Below, piece by piece: positions 5,893 through 10,602 of a stretch of DNA of 10,602 nt. The DNA comes from Planctomycetota bacterium (lineage in GTDB: Bacteria > Planctomycetota > UBA1135 > GCA-002686595). The position numbers and the translations under genes were made by a program. The notes beneath the pieces were generated by a model. That model searched no databases. It saw only the letters and a program-made list of their open reading frames with translations, and had not been told where the DNA came from. The stretch is taken from assembly GCA_046160865.1 (NCBI GenBank), contig JBJXHG010000019.1, forward strand, positions 1-10,602, given 5' to 3'. Position 1 is the stretch's first letter; each line of letters begins with the position of its first letter.

Positions 5893-7233
5893 ATGTTCCG
5901 CGAGCACCGGCGCCGTTTCCTCGATCTCCTGCGCGAGCGTACCGCCGCCGCCGTGATCCCGACTGCGAGCGCCAAAGTCCGCAATCACGATTCGCAGTAC
6001 CGCTACCGTCCCGACAGCGACTTCTGGTACCTGACCGGCTTCGCCGAGCCCGAGTCCGCGCTCGTGCTCTTGCCGAGCGCGCGCGGTGTGAGCGGCGACG
6101 CGCATCGCCCGCAGTCGGTGCTGTTCCTGCGCGACAAAGATCGCGAGAAGGAGATCTGGAACGGACGGCGCCTGGGTGTGTCGGCCGCGCCAGACACGCT
6201 CGGCATCGACGAAGCGCGTCCGATCGAACGCTTGTGGCGCGATCTGCCCGAGCTCTTGAAGGGCTACGAGCGCATCGTCTACCGCGCCGGCGGCGACGAG
6301 ACGCGCGACCGACGGATGATGAAGGTCTATGGCGAGCTGCGTGCGCGCGCGAAGGGCGGCGTCCGGCCGCCGCTCGAGCTCCTGGATCCCGCGCCGTTCG
6401 TGCACGAGTTGCGGCTGCGCAAGTCCGCGGCCGAGATCGAGATCATGCGCCGCGGGGCCGAGATCAGCCGCGTCGCGCACACCGAAGCGATGCGGCGCGC
6501 GCGTCCGGGCGTGCGCGAGAACGAGCTCGACGCCTTGCTCGAGTACACGTTCCGGCGTCTCGGTGGCACCGGCGCCGCGTACACGAACATCGTCGCCGGC
6601 GGCGCGAACGCGACGATCCTGCACTACGTCGAGAACGATCAGCCGCTCGCAGACGGCGACCTCGTGCTGATCGATGCCGGCGCCGAGTGCGAGTTCTACG
6701 CCTCCGACGTCACGCGTACGTTCCCCGTCAACGGCACTTTCAGCGACGTGCAGCGCAGCGTGTACGAGATCGTGCTCGAGGCCCAGCTCGCCGCGATCGA
6801 CGCGGTGCAACCCGGTGCGTCGTTCACAGCCCCTCATGACCGCGCGCTGGAAGTGCTCTGCACGGGACTCCTGCGGCTCGGTCTCTTGAAAGGCACGTTG
6901 AAGGACACGCTCCAGAGCGAGAGCTACCGGCGCTTTTACATGCACCGCACGAGCCACTGGCTCGGCCTCGACGTGCACGATTGCGGCGCGTACGTCGACG
7001 GCGGCAGCTCGCGCGCGCTCGAGCCCGGCATGGTGCTCACGATCGAGCCCGGCATCTACATCGCGCCGGACGACGACACGGTCGAAGCGCGCTACCGCGG
7101 GATCGGGATCCGGATCGAGGACGACGTGCTCGTGACCGCGAGCGGCCGCGACGTCCTGACCGCGGGGATTCCGAAGTCGGTGGCCGACATCGAAGCGACC
7201 TGCCAAGGCCGCACGCTCGCGCCGAGCGCCTGA
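5893..7233 (+). CDS. pepP: Xaa-Pro aminopeptidase (aminopeptidase P, M24B family)
   Basis: The 446-aa product is collinear with E. coli PepP from the N-terminus (REHRRRFLDLL... / ...YRYRPDSDFWYLTGFAEPE against ...YPYRQNSDFWYFTGFNEPE). It contains DGDLVLIDAG, TRTFPVNG, the metal-site motif HRTSHWLGLDVHD, EPGMVLTIEPGIYIAP and YRGIGIRIEDDVLVT. The start at ATG 5893 gives an N-terminus of the same length as the E. coli protein. Confidence 0.92.
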   Translation: MFREHRRRFLDLLRERTAAAVIPTASAKVRNHDSQYRYRPDSDFWYLTGFAEPESALVLLPSARGVSGDAHRPQSVLFLRDKDREKEIWNGRRLGVSAAPDTLGIDEARPIERLWRDLPELLKGYERIVYRAGGDETRDRRMMKVYGELRARAKGGVRPPLELLDPAPFVHELRLRKSAAEIEIMRRGAEISRVAHTEAMRRARPGVRENELDALLEYTFRRLGGTGAAYTNIVAGGANATILHYVENDQPLADGDLVLIDAGAECEFYASDVTRTFPVNGTFSDVQRSVYEIVLEAQLAAIDAVQPGASFTAPHDRALEVLCTGLLRLGLLKGTLKDTLQSESYRRFYMHRTSHWLGLDVHDCGAYVDGGSSRALEPGMVLTIEPGIYIAPDDDTVEARYRGIGIRIEDDVLVTASGRDVLTAGIPKSVADIEATCQGRTLAPSA

Positions 7234-7443
7234 CGGTGTGCGCCACGCGGCGGCGGCGAGCTCGCATCTGCTGCGTGCTCGCGCCGTGCTCCTCCACCGC
7301 GGCTTCGCCATTGCATCCGCGGCCATTTGTGTCGCTTGGCTCGCGACGTGGTGCGAGATGCGGGCTACCCTCTGCGCGGCACTCCGGTCTCCGTGGATTC
7401 CCGCGCCGAAAATCGTGCTCTGCAAACCGCGCAAGCGAGCTCC

Positions 7444-8403
7444 GTGTCGCGGCTGATCGGATCTCACGAGGAGCGTTGGTCGCTGACGCGCGCGATCGAC
7501 GCGCTCGCCGAGTCGGCCAAGCGCGCCGGACATCCGGGCTGGATCTGGATCGCCGGGATCGTCTATCCGAGCTTGGGCATCGGGCTCGAGCTCGGCTCGT
7601 GGTTCGGCTTCGCGACGTCGCCCGTCGGCGCGTTCCTCGACAGCGCGTGGAATTCGCTCTACGGAACCGAGCGCGGCGGCGGCGACGTGCTGCCGATCGC
7701 CGTGCTGAAGACGGCGCTGATGCTGCCGTTCCTCGGCCTCTGCTTCTGGCCGCTGTATCGTCTCGTCGCGGGACTCGCGCGCATCGCGCATCCGCCGGCG
7801 TGGGAGAGCGTGTGCGAAGGGCGCGCGACGCCGCGTCTCCGAGCTGCGTGGCGCGCGGGAGAAGGGCTGACGAGAGCGGCGCTCGGGCTGTGGATCCAGC
7901 TGTCGCTGCTCTTCGGCGTCGCGCTGTTCGCGTTCTCGTTCCCCGTGATGGTGCTCGACCGAGCGCTCGACCTCTCGCCGGGCCGCGTCGGGCACGCGTT
8001 CGTGATGGGCATCGTGCTCGGGCCGCTGATCGTCGCGCTCGCGCTGTACATCATGGCGTTGATGGTGCTGCTCCAGCTCGCGCTGCACTCGCTCGCGCAC
8101 AACCGTCGCGGCGTCGCGTCCGCGCTGATCCATGCGTGGCGCATCGCGCGTCACGACGTGTGGGCCACGCTGCGCACGATCCTCGTCGACGTCGTGCTCA
8201 CGCTGTCCGTGCTGCTCGTGTGGAAGGTGCTCGAGGGTCCGATCGCCGGCACGTTCGGCTCGGGCGGCTTCGCGACGTTCGTGTCGGTGCTCGTGCAGCT
8301 GCCTCTCGTCGGCTTCGCCGGCGTTGCGCGCGCCGGGTACTGGGCGCGCGCGTACCGAGCGCTCGGCGGTCTGTCGCCGGACGACGGCGTGCCGGGGCTC
8401 TGA
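7444..8403 (+). CDS. Polytopic integral membrane protein of unknown function, about 319 aa with roughly 6-7 TM helices. The start codon is uncertain
   Basis: The ORF is open from 7327 with no in-frame ATG before TM1. Third-position GC is low in 7327-7443 and rises sharply afterwards, so I propose the GTG at 7444 (aagcgag lies upstream). Hydrophobic helices include GWIWIAGIVYPSLGIGLELGSWFGF, VLPIAVLKTALMLPFLGLCFWPLY, LGLWIQLSLLFGVALFAFSFPVMVL, FVMGIVLGPLIVALALYIMALMVLLQLAL, ILVDVVLTLSVLLVW and FATFVSVLVQLPLVGFAGVA. I could not assign a family. Confidence 0.6.
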   Translation: MSRLIGSHEERWSLTRAIDALAESAKRAGHPGWIWIAGIVYPSLGIGLELGSWFGFATSPVGAFLDSAWNSLYGTERGGGDVLPIAVLKTALMLPFLGLCFWPLYRLVAGLARIAHPPAWESVCEGRATPRLRAAWRAGEGLTRAALGLWIQLSLLFGVALFAFSFPVMVLDRALDLSPGRVGHAFVMGIVLGPLIVALALYIMALMVLLQLALHSLAHNRRGVASALIHAWRIARHDVWATLRTILVDVVLTLSVLLVWKVLEGPIAGTFGSGGFATFVSVLVQLPLVGFAGVARAGYWARAYRALGGLSPDDGVPGL

Positions 8404-8500
8404 GTGCGCGCTCTGAGCCACGCGTTGGTTGCGGGGACGCCTCAGCGGCTGCTCGTTGCGGCGCGTGTTGCGCGCGCCTCGACAATCGCGGCAACCGACG

Positions 8501-10324
8501 TCACGGCCAGCTGACCCGCACGCCGCTCGTCCAGTTCGTCGTCGCAGACGAGCAAAAGCTCGCCGCGGCATTGCGGTAGAAGAGCTGGTACCACGACTGT
8601 TGACCTGGCGCTTGCAGTGTCGCACCCGACACCGACGTCGTCTGCACGCTGTTGGGAAAGGTCCAATAGCCTGCCGGATCACCGTTCGAGCCGGCGTTGT
8701 GGCCGCCGAAGCGCAAGAACGTGCCGTCGACGCAGCGCACGCCGTCGCCGTTCGCGAAGCCGCTCGCGCTCTGCGCCGTGCCCTTCACCGCGAATGCGAA
8801 GCCGACGTAGGTCGGCCCGATCTCGCCGGTGAGGACGAGCGTGTCGGGGTTCGGCGTGCCGCTCGCGAGTAGCTTGCCGCCCGCCAAGCTGAACGAGTTC
8901 GCGCAGCCGTGACCCGCCGCGCCACTGGGATTCGGCACGGTGTTCGGCGGCGCGCACGGACACGGCGTCGAGAGAGAGCCGTCGCCGAAGCAGAACGTCG
9001 GGAACAACGGATTCGGCGCGCGGTCGCGTAGGAACACGTCGCGGCGCGAGTTCTCGTCGCCGGCGACCAGGTTCGTGGCCCCGCTGTCGAAGACGACGAA
9101 GCGCCCGTCGGGCGTGATCCAGGGCGAGAGCGAAACGCCGTTGCTTGGGATGCCGCCCGACGTCGTGCTCTCGCGCGTCGTGACTTGCGTGAATCGATCG
9201 TGCACGAAGACGTCCTCGTCCGCGTTGAGCTCGCCTGCGACCAGGTTCGTCGCGCGGCTGTGGAACGCGACGTAGTGCCCGTCGCCGGAGATCGAGGGGT
9301 CGGCCGAGTTCTCGTTGCCGTAGATGCCGGCCGAGCTGACGCTGACGATGCCCGTTCGGCTCGTCTGGCGATCGCGCACGAAGATATCCGACGCGCCGTT
9401 CGTGTCGCCGACGACGAGGTTCGTCGCGACGCTGTCGAACGCGACGAAGCGCCCGTCGCCCGAAATCGATGCGCGAAACGACGCGAAATTGCCCTGCGCG
9501 CCGAACGAGTCGACGCTCGCGCGCGTCGTCAGCGCGGTCTGGCGGTCGTGGACGAAGATGTCGAAGAAGCCGTTCGTGTCGCCGGCCACCAGGTTCGACG
9601 ACGCGCTCCGGAACGCGATGATCCGTCCGCCGCCGGAGATCGAGGGAGCGTACGAGCCTAGGCCGAGAAACGCGTTGCCCTGCACGCCGGCCGAGTCGAC
9701 GCTGACGCGCGTGGTCTGGCCGTTCGCGCGGTCGCGCAGGAACACGTCGCTCACCGCGTTCGTGTCGCCGGCGACGAGGTTGGACGCGAGGCACGCGAAC
9801 GCGACGTAGTTGCCGTTCGCAGAGAGCGCCGGACGCTCGGTCGCCGAACCGTTCGACTGCACGCCGGCCGAGCTCACGCTCACGCGCGTGATCTGCCCCG
9901 TCGCGACCTCGTACACGAACGCGTCGGCCGCGGCGTTCGTATCGCCGGCGACCAGGTTTGCCGCGCGGCTGACGAATCCGACGAAGCGGCCGTCCGCCGA
10001 AATCCCCGGCGAGCTCGAGATGCCCGCCGCCGGCACACCGCCCGAGTGACTGACGCAGACCGTCGTGCCGTTCGTGCGGTCGCGCAGGAAGACGTCCTCG
10101 GCGTTGTTCGTGTCGTTCAGGACGAGGTTCGTGGCTTGGCTCGCGAAGGCGACGTAGCGGCCGTCCGCCGAGACGACGGGCGCGCTCGACGCCGCGTTGC
10201 CGAGCGCTTCCGACGAGTGGACGCTCGCGAGCTCCGTCGTCTGTGCAAGTCCGACGCTCGCGATGAGCGAGCCCACACTCGACAAGAGCGAGCCGACGAC
10301 GGCTCGCGCGCACCAGTTTTTCAT
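8501..10324 (-). CDS. Secreted 7-bladed beta-propeller repeat protein (TolB/PD40-like repeats) with a roughly 170-aa C-terminal six-cysteine domain of unknown function
   Basis: The internal ATG (complement of 10322-10324) is preceded by GGAGAcaac and followed by the signal peptide MKNWCARAVVGSLLSSVGSLIASVGLAQT. Seven tandem repeats of about 58 aa carry the motif S.DGR(Y/F)VAF.S.A.NLV.GDTN...D(V/I)F.RDR..G.T.RVSV.S.G. The C-terminal domain is FCFGDGSLSTPCPCAPPN...GHGCANS...GDGVRCVDGTFLRFGG...QSWYQLFYRN...FCSS...NWTSGVRVSWP. Confidence 0.85.
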   Translation of the reverse strand: MKNWCARAVVGSLLSSVGSLIASVGLAQTTELASVHSSEALGNAASSAPVVSADGRYVAFASQATNLVLNDTNNAEDVFLRDRTNGTTVCVSHSGGVPAAGISSSPGISADGRFVGFVSRAANLVAGDTNAAADAFVYEVATGQITRVSVSSAGVQSNGSATERPALSANGNYVAFACLASNLVAGDTNAVSDVFLRDRANGQTTRVSVDSAGVQGNAFLGLGSYAPSISGGGRIIAFRSASSNLVAGDTNGFFDIFVHDRQTALTTRASVDSFGAQGNFASFRASISGDGRFVAFDSVATNLVVGDTNGASDIFVRDRQTSRTGIVSVSSAGIYGNENSADPSISGDGHYVAFHSRATNLVAGELNADEDVFVHDRFTQVTTRESTTSGGIPSNGVSLSPWITPDGRFVVFDSGATNLVAGDENSRRDVFLRDRAPNPLFPTFCFGDGSLSTPCPCAPPNTVPNPSGAAGHGCANSFSLAGGKLLASGTPNPDTLVLTGEIGPTYVGFAFAVKGTAQSASGFANGDGVRCVDGTFLRFGGHNAGSNGDPAGYWTFPNSVQTTSVSGATLQAPGQQSWYQLFYRNAAASFCSSATTNWTSGVRVSWP

Positions 10325-10546
10325 GTTGTCTCCGTTCCCGTTCGGCGGTGCAGCGTGCGTGCGAGCTCGACTCAGCGCTCGACGCGCGCTGCGCGCTCGC
10401 AAACGACGTTCTACCGCGACTGCGCAGGATACCGCCGCGACACCGGAGGTAGAACGCCCGAAGGCGCGCGCAACCAGCAGCCCGTGGTGAAAGTGCTTCG
10501 AGCGCGAAAGTCGTCCGTTCGTGTCGGAACCAGGAGCACGACCGCA

Positions 10547-10567
10547 GGCGAATCCTCGTGATTCGCC
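10547..10567. other. 8-bp-stem hairpin (ggcgaatc-ctcgt-gattcgcc) with an overlapping alternative 7-bp pairing (atcctcg 10552-10558 with cgaggat 10566-10572), in the upstream region of the propeller gene
   Basis: Read directly from the sequence. The two structures are mutually exclusive. They lie about 225-245 nt upstream of the proposed start of the minus-strand propeller gene. Confidence 0.35.
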
Positions 10568-10602
10568 GAGGATCGAGCGACGCCGTGCCGGCGCGAACGG
10601 AC

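Noticed and set aside
8404-8500. Intrinsic terminator between the convergent membrane-protein and propeller genes
   Set aside because: Only short imperfect dyads are present and there is no U-tract, so I could not support a specific terminator call.
6981-8579. 532-aa plus-strand Arg-rich ORF
   Set aside because: It is an out-of-frame overlap of the pepP 3' end and the membrane-protein gene, with Arg/Ala composition and no features. It is spurious.
5689-8682. 997-aa minus-strand ORF spanning pepP and the membrane-protein gene
   Set aside because: It is about 25% Arg with no recognisable motifs, and it lies antisense to two genes with strong homology or hydrophobic structure. Long stop-free antisense frames are expected at this GC content.
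8679-10313. 544-aa minus-strand ORF
   Set aside because: It is an alternative frame on the same strand as the beta-propeller gene. Its Arg-rich low-complexity sequence contrasts with the clean repeat structure of the propeller frame.

Overview
This 10.6 kb window is very high in GC (about 70%, estimated by eye) with a strong G/C third-codon bias, so it is chromosomal DNA from a high-GC bacterium. The gene content (secreted beta-propeller protein with a Cys-rich C-terminal domain) and the codon style suggest a Myxococcota/deltaproteobacterium-like organism, but that is a guess. From left to right the window contains the following. A roughly 164-bp palindromic element lies directly downstream of a minus-strand tRNA-Glu(UUC), which has its own sigma70-like promoter. 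A minus-strand two-gene unit encodes a Trm112/UPF0434-like small protein and a long-form xylose-isomerase-like TIM-barrel enzyme. On the plus strand there is a signal-peptide protein of unknown function whose stop codon sits inside a perfect hairpin. Then comes a classic NfeD(YuaF-like)-flotillin(FloT/YuaG-like) operon. A roughly 183-bp concentric palindrome separates that operon from the gene for Xaa-Pro aminopeptidase PepP. A polytopic membrane protein with a non-ATG start follows. On the minus strand, convergent with it, is a secreted 7-bladed beta-propeller protein carrying an unassigned C-terminal 6-Cys domain. Several long Arg-rich ORFs in the six-frame track are antisense or frameshift artifacts of high-GC DNA. 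No CRISPR array, integrase, transposase or rRNA was seen. The most unusual content is the pair of large CTAG-bounded palindromic intergenic elements, which may be a MITE/ERIC/Correia-like repeat family, and the beta-propeller protein with the novel C-terminal domain.
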